NCBI GenBank assembly: GCA_043803405.1
Contig: JAZDKB010000006.1
Span: forward strand, 80,354-144,353
Origin: Spirochaetota bacterium
Lineage (GTDB): Bacteria; Spirochaetota; UBA4802; JAFGDQ01
Length of the DNA: 64,000 nt
Direction: 5' to 3'
Shown here: positions 18,808 to 28,819 of the stretch, in pieces
Numbering within the stretch: position 1 is the stretch's first letter
Layout: every line of letters begins with the position of its first letter
Translations under genes and position numbers: made by a program
The notes under the pieces: generated by a model
The model's input: the letters and a program-made list of their open reading frames with translations, nothing else
What the model was told of the DNA's origin: nothing
The model's database searches: none

Positions 18808-19692
18808 ATGATATGGCTTATAGGTAGCAAAGGGATGCTCGGCACGGATGTTGAGCTTAAACTGAAGGCAAACGGCCTTGAGTACACGGCGTCGGATATG
18901 GACGTTGATATTACGGATATTGAAGCGCTAAGGAATTTTGCCAAGGATAAAGAGATCGGCTGGATAATAAACTGCTCTGCGTACACTGCGGTTGATAAAG
19001 CCGAGGATGAAGAAGCCAGGGCCTTTAAGATAAACGCTGACGGCGTGGGGAACATAGCGCAGGTTGCAAAGGAAAAGAAAGCAAAGCTGGTGCATCTTTC
19101 CACTGACTATGTTTACGACGGGAAAAAGTACGAAGCATATTTAGAAAGCGACCCCACAGGCCCCATTGGCGTTTACGGCAAAAGCAAACTGAAGGGCGAG
19201 GAAAAAGTGCTCGCCACAGTGCAGGAATATTTTATATTCCGCATCTCGTGGCTTTACGGCCATCACGGCGCAAATTTTGTTCACACAATGCTCCGGCTGT
19301 TTGCGGAGCGCGACGAAGTCCGCGTGGTAAGGGATCAGTGGGGGAGCCCCACGTTCGCAAAGGACGTTGCTGATCTTATAATAAAAGTAATTAAGGATAA
19401 TTCCTCCGAATACGGCATATATCACTTTACCAACAGCGGCAGGACAAACTGGTACCAATTCACGCTGGAGATTTTTAACCAGGCAAAAGAAAGAGGCTTG
19501 CTTAAAAAGGAAGTAAATATAATACCTATAACAACAGCGGGATATCCTACAAAGGCCAGGCGCCCTGAGTATTCCTACATGTCAAAGGATAAAGTAAAAA
19601 AGACATTCGGAGTAACGCTCAGGCCGTGGCAGGAATCGCTGCAGGAATTTATTAAAATAAAAGCGAAAAACAATATTTTTAATTTAAATTAA
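18808..19692 (+). CDS. rfbD: dTDP-4-dehydrorhamnose reductase
   Basis: GSKGMLG, AYTAVDKAE, STDYVYDG, YGKSKLKGE, DQWGSPT. Confidence 0.96.
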   Translation: MIWLIGSKGMLGTDVELKLKANGLEYTASDMDVDITDIEALRNFAKDKEIGWIINCSAYTAVDKAEDEEARAFKINADGVGNIAQVAKEKKAKLVHLSTDYVYDGKKYEAYLESDPTGPIGVYGKSKLKGEEKVLATVQEYFIFRISWLYGHHGANFVHTMLRLFAERDEVRVVRDQWGSPTFAKDVADLIIKVIKDNSSEYGIYHFTNSGRTNWYQFTLEIFNQAKERGLLKKEVNIIPITTAGYPTKARRPEYSYMSKDKVKKTFGVTLRPWQESLQEFIKIKAKNNIFNLN

Positions 19693-19767
19693 TTTTTACA
19701 TAACGGAACTCATCTTAAAAATTTGACATTGCGAACACTATAGCAGTTTACGAAAGGATCAGTACTG

Positions 19768-19795
19768 TGTCATTTCGAACGAATGTGAGAAATCT
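19768..19795 (+). repeat. GTCA-type REP-like short palindrome
   Basis: TGTCATTTCGAACGAATGTGAGAAATCT, intergenic between rfbD and rfbB. Confidence 0.5.
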
Positions 19796-19825
19796 CTTGA
19801 TTAATTATTTTAAGGAAACACAAAA

Positions 19826-20896
19826 ATGAGAAAACTGAAAAACATACTGGTTACAGGCGGGGCAGGCTTTATAGGGTCAAACTTTATCCATTATCTTTTT
19901 AATGATACTGGTTTTGACGGCCGCATAATTAACGCGGACAAGCTGACTTATGCAGGCAACCTTGAGAACCTGACCGAGATAGCACAATCTTACGGCAATT
20001 CGCGGTATCACTTTGAAAGAGCGGACATTTGCGATTACAGCGCAATGGAAGCCCTGTTTAAAAAATACGAGATCGATACGGTTGTACACTTTGCGGCAGA
20101 ATCGCACGTGGACAGATCGATTCACGGGCCAAAGGACTTCATAGAGACTAACATAAACGGCACATTCTGCCTGCTCGAGAACGCGCGCGCGTACTGGGGC
20201 AGCAGGGAAGATGTGCTGTTCCACCATATCAGCACAGACGAGGTTTTCGGCTCTCTTGGGGATACAGGCTTTTTTTACGAGCATACGCCCTACGATCCGC
20301 GCAGCCCGTACTCATCATCAAAGGCGTCCTCAGATCACCTGGTTCGCGCGTATTATCATACGTACGGCCTGCCCATTACGCTTTCCAACTGCTCGAATAA
20401 TTACGGGCCGTACCAGTTCCCTGAGAAGCTCATTCCTGTAATGATACTCAATATAAAAGAAGAAAAACCGCTGCCGGTTTACGGGGACGGCAAAAACATT
20501 CGGGACTGGCTTTTCGTGAACGATCACAACAGCGCGGCGTGGGCAATCATGAACAAGGGGAAAACAGGCGAGACCTACAACATAGGCGGCGAAAACGAAT
20601 GGGAGAACATTAAACTGGTAAACGTTCTTTGCGAAAAGATGGCCGGTTTCCTTAGAAAAGAGAAAAATTACTATAAAAAGCTTATAACCTATGTAAAAGA
20701 CAGGCCGGGACACGACAGAAGGTACGCAATAAACTGCGATAAACTTAAAAAAGAACTCGGCTGGAAGCAGAGCGTCGATTTTGACGCAGGACTCGACAGG
20801 ACAATCGTATGGTATCTGGAAAATCATAAATGGATAGATAATGTCAGGAGCGGGGAATACAAGAAGTGGATGGAGAAGAATTATTCTAAAAGGTAA
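19826..20896 (+). CDS. rfbB: dTDP-glucose 4,6-dehydratase
   Basis: [57 protein letters not shown]. Confidence 0.97.
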   Translation: MRKLKNILVTGGAGFIGSNFIHYLFNDTGFDGRIINADKLTYAGNLENLTEIAQSYGNSRYHFERADICDYSAMEALFKKYEIDTVVHFAAESHVDRSIHGPKDFIETNINGTFCLLENARAYWGSREDVLFHHISTDEVFGSLGDTGFFYEHTPYDPRSPYSSSKASSDHLVRAYYHTYGLPITLSNCSNNYGPYQFPEKLIPVMILNIKEEKPLPVYGDGKNIRDWLFVNDHNSAAWAIMNKGKTGETYNIGGENEWENIKLVNVLCEKMAGFLRKEKNYYKKLITYVKDRPGHDRRYAINCDKLKKELGWKQSVDFDAGLDRTIVWYLENHKWIDNVRSGEYKKWMEKNYSKR

Positions 20897-21006
20897 AGAG
20901 AGTACCCGGATTAAGAGTGAGTATAAAATTCCAGCAAAATAAATTGAGATTGTTACTGAAATAATATTGGAAAATACTTATATATAGAATGAAGGTAACG
21001 TGTAAT

Positions 21007-21283
21007 GCCCTCACCCCTATCCCTCTCCCTGTATTTTATTTTTCAGTAAATAATGCAGGTAATCAGGGAGAGGGGAACCAGAAAAACAGATTTGATATAT
21101 AATATAAAAAAATATCCGAAAACTAATCTACGGAGCGGATTAAGAATAAGATAAACAGGAAAACATTACATCAGAAGCTTTTTTTATAAAAAAATAGAAA
21201 GTTAATGTTTTCCCCTCTCCAAGCGTAACAAATTTTTTAAAGCAATAAATATTGAGCCGGGAGAGGGGGATAGGGGTGAGGGC
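21007..21283. mobile_element. 277-bp non-autonomous palindromic element (MITE/REPIN-like, CTCACCCC family)
   Basis: Terminal inverted repeats GCCCTCACCCCTATCCCTCTCCC / GGGAGAGGGGGATAGGGGTGAGGGC, each end also folding on its own internal hairpin; AT-rich interior. Confidence 0.7.
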
Positions 21284-21449
21284 TATCATTCACTTATCAA
21301 AGAAAAATATACTGATATTAAAAAAATATTTGACGTAAAATAATTGTTTCGTGATATTCTACAAACAGATTCTCCATGCCGCTGATTGTAGTGTGGGAGA
21401 AAAATTGACTTGAAATATATCGGTCAGTTAAATATTGTGTAAAACATTA

Positions 21450-21531
21450 GCGAGCGTGGCGGAATTGGCAGACGCGCCAGACTTAGGATCTGGTGCCGAG
21501 AGGCGTGGGGGTTCAAGTCCCTCCGCTCGCA
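21450..21531 (+). tRNA. tRNA-Leu(TAG)
   Basis: GCGAGCG/CGCTCGC acceptor stem, CCAGA-CTTAGGA-TCTGG anticodon arm, long variable arm, GTTCAAGTC; no encoded CCA. Confidence 0.97.
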
Positions 21532-21537
21532 AAACAG

Positions 21538-21609
<72 letters not shown>

Positions 21610-21612
21610 CAT

Positions 21613-21641
21613 AGCCGCGTTCCTTATAACGCGGCTTTTTT
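21613..21641 (+). terminator. Rho-independent terminator after the tRNAs
   Basis: AGCCGCGTT-CCTTAT-AACGCGGCT followed by a T-run. Confidence 0.9.
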
Positions 21642-21830
21642 ATTAAATAAATCACGCTGCGTTCTTTAAAACGGCTAATAAAAAAATATTGTTTGACGCA
21701 TTTTTCTATTAGTAATTTATTGGTTAAAAAATATATTTTTATTATAAATTCACGCATTTCCCTGATGCATCTGAGTAGTTATAATAAATTTAATCCTTAA
21801 ATCTTAACAATCAATACAGGAGAAATTAAA

Positions 21831-23168
21831 TTGATTATCTCGGACAAAAAACTGGACAATTCGAGAATGGAGCTGGTGATCGAAGTCCCGGAAGATAAAA
21901 TTGGAACCGAATACCTGAAGGTTTTTGAAGGTTTCCGAAAAAACGCGAAAATTGACGGATTCAGAAAGGGGAAAGTGCCTCTGGATATTATAAAAAAACG
22001 GTTTAAAAACAATGCAGACGTGGAAGTTACCGAGAATATAGTAAAAAATGCTTATATGGATGCGTTAAAAGAGAAAGAACTGTTCCCAATAAGCGAACCG
22101 GAAATTGATATAGAAAAACAAATTGAAGCTGAAAAACCCTTCAAATTCAGCATTAAATTCGACATTCCGCCTACAGTTGTTCTGGGCGGATATAAAAATA
22201 TTTCAGTTAAGGAAAATGAGTGCAAAGTTTCTGATGCCGATATTGATAAAGAAATTCAGTCGCTAAGAGAAAGGTATGCCACTATAACAAAAAGAGAGAA
22301 GGACGAACGGGCGGAGAAAGGCGATTATGTAAGGGCGGAAGTGACGCGCATCGATAATTTTGAAAAGCCCGGGGATGTTAAAGATAATCAGAAAAGCTTA
22401 TCTTTAATACTAGGCAAAGCGCCTTCAGATACGTCTTTTGACGACGACATTGTCGGCATGATAGTTGATGAACAGAAAGAAGTGACGAAAAAATATCCTA
22501 AAGATTTTCAGCAAAGTGATATTGCCGGCCAGAAAGTAAAATATCTGTTAAGAATCGTTGAGATAAGCAAGCTGACTTTGCCTGCGCTTGACGATGAATT
22601 TGCAAAAGATGTCGGACAATATAATTCGCTTGATGACCTGAAAACAAAGATCAAAGAAGAATTTGAAAGAATGGCCTCGGACAGGATCAAGAAAATTGTG
22701 CAGGATGAACTGCTAAAAAAAATAATAGAAGACAGCAAGTTTGATCTGCCAGAGTCAATGATAGCAAAGGAAATAGCTAATATGACATCCAAGGTGGAGT
22801 CCGGGATCGGATTAAAAAGCGGCGGAATCGAAGAATTATTTGCTAACGGATCAATTAACAAAGACGAATTTACGAAAAAGATCCGTGAGGATGCGATCAA
22901 TAACATAAAATCCACTCTTGTACTAATCGAAGTGGCAAAAGCTGAAAAAATTGAAGCTCCGGAAGATAAATATAAAGAAATAATCAGTTCTTATGCCGAA
23001 AGGTCAAAAAAGACTTTTGAGGAAATTGAAGAAATAGTTGAGCAAAACGGATCTAAGGAAAATATTAAAAACGAATTGGTTTTAGGCAATTCCTATGATT
23101 TTCTTTATGCTAATGCCAATATAAAGAAACAAAAACCAATAACGCTTGAAGAACTGATGAAAATTTAA
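21831..23168 (+). CDS. tig: Trigger factor
   Basis: IDGFRKGKVP ribosome-binding motif, LPALDDEFAK; TTG start with AGGAG; upstream of clpPX. Confidence 0.95.
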   Translation: MIISDKKLDNSRMELVIEVPEDKIGTEYLKVFEGFRKNAKIDGFRKGKVPLDIIKKRFKNNADVEVTENIVKNAYMDALKEKELFPISEPEIDIEKQIEAEKPFKFSIKFDIPPTVVLGGYKNISVKENECKVSDADIDKEIQSLRERYATITKREKDERAEKGDYVRAEVTRIDNFEKPGDVKDNQKSLSLILGKAPSDTSFDDDIVGMIVDEQKEVTKKYPKDFQQSDIAGQKVKYLLRIVEISKLTLPALDDEFAKDVGQYNSLDDLKTKIKEEFERMASDRIKKIVQDELLKKIIEDSKFDLPESMIAKEIANMTSKVESGIGLKSGGIEELFANGSINKDEFTKKIREDAINNIKSTLVLIEVAKAEKIEAPEDKYKEIISSYAERSKKTFEEIEEIVEQNGSKENIKNELVLGNSYDFLYANANIKKQKPITLEELMKI

Positions 23169-23661
23169 AAATCAGTTAAATCTGATTAATATTTTATTTA
23201 GTCGATATCCAGGGATAGTTATTCAGGGGTATTTATTTAAAATTACTGCTTTATTGTAATAGTCATTAAAAAAAGTTACCCGGTCTAAGTTTTTAATTTT
23301 ATATTTTGTGATAAGCCCTGGAAAATCATGTAATTTCACTCTGTTGTACTCCCTGAAATGAAGGATTTTTGTTAAATCAATCATTTTGCCGCCTTATTCA
23401 AAAATAAGATATTATACATTATAATTTTTTTCTTGAGGTTTACAGATTAATTTATTATATTGTAATATAATACAGATATAAATGATATTAAGAAATTATT
23501 ATTTGATTTTTACCCGAAGGGATTCCTTTAATTTGTTTAATCCGGATAAGAAATACTGTTTTTCGATATAAAATTCAGTAATTATTAGCCCACAATTTGA
23601 TAAGGAAATAAATAATATATCCCGAAAATAAAATCATAACAATTAATGCGAGGTCATATAA

Positions 23662-24255
23662 ATGAGTTTAGTCCCGATTGTCGTAGAACAAACATCCAGA
23701 GGCGAAAGATCTTATGATATTTATTCGCGTTTATTAAAGGATAGAATTATTATTTTAAGCGAGGCAATTGAAGACCATGTTTCCAGTCTCATAATTGCCC
23801 AGATGCTTTTTCTTGAAGCTGAGGATCCCAGCAAGGATATCTTTTTATACATCAATTCTCCGGGCGGAGTTGTTACCTCCGGCCTGGCAATATATGATAC
23901 GATGCAGTATATTAAGCCCGATGTAGCTACAATATGCATCGGACAGGCGGCGTCCATGGGATCGCTCCTTCTGGCAGCAGGCGCCAAAGGCAAACGCTCT
24001 TCTCTTCCAAATTCCAGGATTATGATTCATCAGCCCATGGGAGGTTTCCAGGGGCAGGCTTCCGATATTGCAATACAGGCCAAAGAAATATTAAAAATGA
24101 AGAAAAGGCTGAATGAAATATACGCTCATCATACAGGGCTCCCTTTTGAGAAGATCGAACAGGATGTTGACAGGGATTTTTTCATGACAGCCGAAGATGC
24201 AAAAGCCTATAACATTATCGATAAGGTTTTTGACAGAACTAACGAAAAAAAATAA
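23662..24255 (+). CDS. clpP: ATP-dependent Clp protease proteolytic subunit
   Basis: [37 protein letters not shown]. Confidence 0.99.
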   Translation: MSLVPIVVEQTSRGERSYDIYSRLLKDRIIILSEAIEDHVSSLIIAQMLFLEAEDPSKDIFLYINSPGGVVTSGLAIYDTMQYIKPDVATICIGQAASMGSLLLAAGAKGKRSSLPNSRIMIHQPMGGFQGQASDIAIQAKEILKMKKRLNEIYAHHTGLPFEKIEQDVDRDFFMTAEDAKAYNIIDKVFDRTNEKK

Positions 24256-24266
24256 TAGGAGCGAAT

Positions 24267-25526
24267 ATGGCTTCCAAAAAAAAGGTTACAGTCAGCAAAC
24301 TATCATGTTCCTTTTGCGGTAAAAACCAGAACATTGTAAAAAAACTTGTCGCCGGCCCCGGCGTTTATATATGCGATGAATGCATAGCGCTTTGTAATGA
24401 AATAGTGCTGGAAGAAAGCGATGTAAATAATTTCGATAAGAATTTCGGAGATCTGCCGAAACCAAAAGAAATAAACGATATTCTGAATGAATATATCATC
24501 GGACAGGACATTGCCAAAAAAATCCTTTCTGTTGCGGTTTACAATCATTATAAAAGAATAGCCAGCAATCACAATTTAAAGAAGGACGATATTGAGCTCG
24601 AAAAAAGCAACATACTTTTAATCGGGCCCACAGGCACAGGCAAAACGCTTCTTGCCCAGACGCTTGCCAAGATTCTTAAAGTCCCGTTTGCCATTGCGGA
24701 TGCCACATCGCTTACGGAAGCAGGTTATGTGGGCGAGGACGTTGAGAATATCCTGCTCCGGCTGATTCAAAATGCAGACGGCGACATTAAGAAAGCGGAA
24801 GTCGGCATAATTTATATTGATGAAATCGATAAAATATCCAGAAAATCCGAGAATCCGTCAATAACAAGGGATGTCTCAGGCGAAGGTGTGCAGCAGGCTC
24901 TTCTGAAAATAATTGAAGGAACAGTAGCAAATGTCCCTCCCCAGGGCGGCAGAAAACACCCGCATCAGGAATTTATAACAATAGACACAAAGAATATACT
25001 TTTTATCTGTGGCGGAGCATTTGTAGGGCTGGAGAAGATTGTTCATGAAAGAATAGGGAATAAATCGCTCGGCTTTGGCGCGGATATAAAAACAATAAAG
25101 CAGGTTAAAGCCGGCGCATTATTCCATAGTATACATACTGAAGATCTTATAAAATTCGGGCTGATACCTGAATTTGTAGGCAGATTGCCGATCCTTGGAG
25201 TTCTGGATGAGCTCGGTAAAGATGCCCTGAAAGATATTCTTACAAAACCGAAGAATGCGTTGCTTAAACAATACAAGAAAATATTTTCTTTCGAGGATGT
25301 TGAGTTGGAGTTCCAGAAAGAAGCTATTGAAGAAATTGCCCAGATCGCATATACTAAAGAATCAGGCGCCAGGGGCTTGAGAGCCGTACTGGAAAAGATA
25401 ATGCTTGATATTATGTATGCCATTCCTTCCGAGGAAGGAATATCAAAAGTGATAATATCCCAGGATATGGTGCTGGGAAAAAGCAAAGCCAAAATAGTAT
25501 ACAGCAAGGAAGAGAAAACAGCTTAA
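24267..25526 (+). CDS. clpX: Clp protease ATP-binding subunit ClpX
   Basis: CSFCGK..CDEC zinc finger, [23 protein letters not shown] loop. Confidence 0.99.
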   Translation: MASKKKVTVSKLSCSFCGKNQNIVKKLVAGPGVYICDECIALCNEIVLEESDVNNFDKNFGDLPKPKEINDILNEYIIGQDIAKKILSVAVYNHYKRIASNHNLKKDDIELEKSNILLIGPTGTGKTLLAQTLAKILKVPFAIADATSLTEAGYVGEDVENILLRLIQNADGDIKKAEVGIIYIDEIDKISRKSENPSITRDVSGEGVQQALLKIIEGTVANVPPQGGRKHPHQEFITIDTKNILFICGGAFVGLEKIVHERIGNKSLGFGADIKTIKQVKAGALFHSIHTEDLIKFGLIPEFVGRLPILGVLDELGKDALKDILTKPKNALLKQYKKIFSFEDVELEFQKEAIEEIAQIAYTKESGARGLRAVLEKIMLDIMYAIPSEEGISKVIISQDMVLGKSKAKIVYSKEEKTA

Positions 25527-25609
25527 TTTTATATTTAGCAAAACGTGAGATTCATTGTTTATTTTTTGAATCGGATCGTTTAATTTAATTTTTTTTAAAG
25601 AGATATATA

Positions 25610-28063
25610 ATGAATAAAAGACAAATAGATTATGATAAAAGCGTACCTCTGATACCTTTAAGGGATGTCATTGTATTCCCGCATATGGTGATCCCTTTAT
25701 TTGTAGGCAGAGAGAAATCGGTAAATGCCCTGGATGTGGCAATGAAGGGAGACAGACTTGTTGTACTTGCTACCCAGACTGATGCACAGGCTACAGTTCC
25801 TCAAAAGGAGGGCATTTACGAGGTCGGTACCATTTCCGAAATTCTGCAGCTTCTTAAACTGCCCGACGGTACTATCAAAGTGTTAATTGAAGGGCTGGGC
25901 AGGGTATTTATTTCAGATTACAGAGAAGAAAATAAGGATTATTTTGAGGTTTCCGTTAAGAACATAGAGAGATATGTTGAAACTGATGCGGAAGTTACAG
26001 CGTTAAAAAGAACGCTCCTGGATACATTCGGGAAATATATTAAATTAAATAAAAAAGTTCCCGAGGAAGCTTTGACAACTGTTTCCAGTCTGGAAGATCC
26101 GTCGCATTTGTCGGATGTTATTGCTTCCCATGTGAGCATTGCGCTTGATTACAAACAGGCATTGCTCGAAATCGGAAATCCTAAGGAAAGGATTGAGAAG
26201 CTTATCAAGTACATTCAGGGTGAGATTGAAATATTATTAATTGAAAAGAAGATACAGGGCAAGGTTAAAAAGCAGCTTGAAAAGACCCAGAAAGAATATT
26301 ATCTCAATGAGCAAATGAAGATAATGAAAAAAGAAATGGGTGCAGACGATGCCGAGGACGAGGCTGAGGAATTAAAGAAATCCATTGAAGAAACCAAAAT
26401 GAGCGCAGAGGCAAAGAACAAAGCGCTCAAGGAATTTAAGCGTCTTGAGAAAATGCCTCCCATGTCTGCTGAATCTGCCGTTGTAAGGACTTACATAGAA
26501 TGGCTGAGGGATGTGCCATGGCACAAGAAAACTCACGACAACAGCGATATCGAAAAATCGAAGAATATTCTGAATGAAGATCATTACGGACTGGATGATG
26601 TCAAAGAGAGAATACTTGAATATATAGCGGTGCGGCACCTCTCAAAAAAATTACGTGGCCCTATACTTTGCTTTGTCGGGCCTCCGGGTGTCGGGAAAAC
26701 GTCCCTTGGTAAATCTGTGGCAAGGGCGCTTGGACGCAAGTTCGTAAGAATGTCGCTCGGCGGAGTAAGGGACGAGGCCGAGATAAGAGGGCACAGAAGA
26801 ACATATGTCGGCGCTCTTCCTGGCAGAATAATTCAGATGATGAAGAAAGCCGGGTCAATTAATCCCGTGTTTTTACTCGATGAGATAGATAAAATGTCGA
26901 TGGATTTCAGAGGCGATCCTTCTTCCGCGCTTCTGGAAGTTCTTGATCCGGAGCAGAACAACTCATTTGTTGATCACTATATGGAAGTGCCGTATAATCT
27001 TTCGGATGTAATGTTTATTACTACCGCGAATGTTCAGCATAATATCCCATTGCCCCTGCAGGACAGGATGGAAATAATTGAAATTTCGAGCTATACTGAA
27101 CCGGAAAAGCTGAACATTGCAATGAAATTTCTTTTAAATAAACAAATCACCGAAAACGGACTTCGCGAAGAGAACCTTGAGTTTCCGGAGGAAATGGTGC
27201 AGTTCATAATCAGGCATTACACAAGAGAAGCCGGAGTACGAAGCCTTGAAAGAGTTATTGCAAAGGTTTGCAGAAAAACAGCAAGAGAGGTAGTTAAAGA
27301 AGGAAAAGATTTTAAAAAGATAGTTACCGAGCAGGTTTTGCATGAATATCTCGGGCCTATTAAATTTAAGTACGGCATAAAAGAAGAGAAGAGCGAAGTG
27401 GGCCTTGCCAACGGACTGGCATGGACCGAGGTGGGCGGAGATGTGCTGCCGATCGAAGCGCTTATGGTTAAGGGCAAGGGCGATCTTACACTGACAGGAA
27501 AGCTTGGAGAAGTAATGCAGGAATCCGCGCACGCCGCATATACCTATGTAAGGGCAAATCAGCAGTTCTTTAATATTAAGGAAGATTTAACAAGAAAGAA
27601 CGATGTGCATCTGCATGTCCCCGAAGGCGCGATCCCGAAGGACGGCCCATCCGCAGGCATTACCATGGCTGTTGTTTTGGCGTCGCTTTTCAGCGGAATA
27701 CCCGTGCGCCGCGATGTGGCAATGACAGGCGAAATCACTTTAAGAGGCAAAGTGCTGCAGATCGGCGGATTAAAGGAAAAAGTGCTGGCTGCTCACAGAG
27801 CTCACATGAAGCATATCATTATCCCAAAGGATAATCAGAAGGACATAGAAAAAATCCCGGAACATGTCAGAAAGGAATTGGTATTTCATCCGGTATCCAC
27901 AATGGAGGAAGTTCTTTTTCTTTCTCTTGAGCATCCGGAGCGGTTCTTTATGGATCCGGAAAAGACGAAAATACTGAATGACAGATTCGGCGGAACTCTG
28001 ATTGATTCAATGGAAAAAGACGGGCCCGACAGCTGGCATGACGGTAAAACCGTTAAAGTTTAG
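25610..28063 (+). CDS. lon: Lon protease
   Basis: PLRD N-domain, GPPGVGKT, GHRRTYVG, PKDGPSAG, GGLKEK. Confidence 0.99.
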   Translation: MNKRQIDYDKSVPLIPLRDVIVFPHMVIPLFVGREKSVNALDVAMKGDRLVVLATQTDAQATVPQKEGIYEVGTISEILQLLKLPDGTIKVLIEGLGRVFISDYREENKDYFEVSVKNIERYVETDAEVTALKRTLLDTFGKYIKLNKKVPEEALTTVSSLEDPSHLSDVIASHVSIALDYKQALLEIGNPKERIEKLIKYIQGEIEILLIEKKIQGKVKKQLEKTQKEYYLNEQMKIMKKEMGADDAEDEAEELKKSIEETKMSAEAKNKALKEFKRLEKMPPMSAESAVVRTYIEWLRDVPWHKKTHDNSDIEKSKNILNEDHYGLDDVKERILEYIAVRHLSKKLRGPILCFVGPPGVGKTSLGKSVARALGRKFVRMSLGGVRDEAEIRGHRRTYVGALPGRIIQMMKKAGSINPVFLLDEIDKMSMDFRGDPSSALLEVLDPEQNNSFVDHYMEVPYNLSDVMFITTANVQHNIPLPLQDRMEIIEISSYTEPEKLNIAMKFLLNKQITENGLREENLEFPEEMVQFIIRHYTREAGVRSLERVIAKVCRKTAREVVKEGKDFKKIVTEQVLHEYLGPIKFKYGIKEEKSEVGLANGLAWTEVGGDVLPIEALMVKGKGDLTLTGKLGEVMQESAHAAYTYVRANQQFFNIKEDLTRKNDVHLHVPEGAIPKDGPSAGITMAVVLASLFSGIPVRRDVAMTGEITLRGKVLQIGGLKEKVLAAHRAHMKHIIIPKDNQKDIEKIPEHVRKELVFHPVSTMEEVLFLSLEHPERFFMDPEKTKILNDRFGGTLIDSMEKDGPDSWHDGKTVKV

Positions 28064-28808
28064 AATTGCTTTTCTTAAAATGCAGAATTATCTTGTTGGA
28101 TATATCCCTGTAAGGCTCCAGTAATGAGTTTGAATACATAGCAATGACCTGAAATTCATTTTTTTTCATAAAATGCTCAATCTCGTTGCAGGTAAAAGCT
28201 CGCATTATATGTTTGTCTTTTACTATTCTGCTTCCCGGAAAAATATAATTGTAAGTCACTTTAACGATGGTTTGGGTTTGAAACTCCAGTAATTCGAAAC
28301 CTCTTTCTCTTTTAATTATTTTATCGTTATATTTTATTTTGGATATAAAGGTTAACGGTTTTTCTTTAATTTTTCTGATAGGAACGGCATTCCATATTTC
28401 AAAAATGCCGATCCCGTCCGGTTTTAAGGCCTTCCAGGTATTTTGTAATAATTTATTTATTTCCGAATCTTTAATCAGATAATCGACAGATCCGAAAAGC
28501 GAAATAATTATATCAAATTTTTCATAAAAATCGAATCTTCTCATATCTTCATTTAAAAAAATAAATGAATTATGAAATCTTGATCTTGAGATTTTATACA
28601 TTTCTGAGCTGGAATCAATTCCTGTGCAATTGAATTCCAGTTTTGAAAGCAAGTCCAGATGTTCTCCGGTGCCGCAACCGAGGTCAAGCAGGGAAGGATT
28701 TTTTATATTCTTAGTTAAAGATTGAATCATACGAATATCATCATTGATATTCCTGTTTTCATTTTCTATTGCGTAATAATATTCGGCAAGTTCATTATAA
28801 AGTTTCAT
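28053..28808 (-). CDS. Class I SAM-dependent methyltransferase
   Basis: LLDLGCGTGEH, GIDSS, DMRRF, LKPDG; overlaps the lon stop. Confidence 0.9.
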   Translation of the reverse strand: MKLYNELAEYYYAIENENRNINDDIRMIQSLTKNIKNPSLLDLGCGTGEHLDLLSKLEFNCTGIDSSSEMYKISRSRFHNSFIFLNEDMRRFDFYEKFDIIISLFGSVDYLIKDSEINKLLQNTWKALKPDGIGIFEIWNAVPIRKIKEKPLTFISKIKYNDKIIKRERGFELLEFQTQTIVKVTYNYIFPGSRIVKDKHIMRAFTCNEIEHFMKKNEFQVIAMYSNSLLEPYRDISNKIILHFKKSNSKL

Positions 28809-28819
28809 TTAGCAGGATG

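Noticed and set aside
23169..23661. ncRNA or CIRCE operator in the 490-bp tig-clpP gap
   Set aside because: Only short CAGGG/CCCTG complementarities in AT-rich DNA; no CIRCE consensus and no recognisable RNA family.
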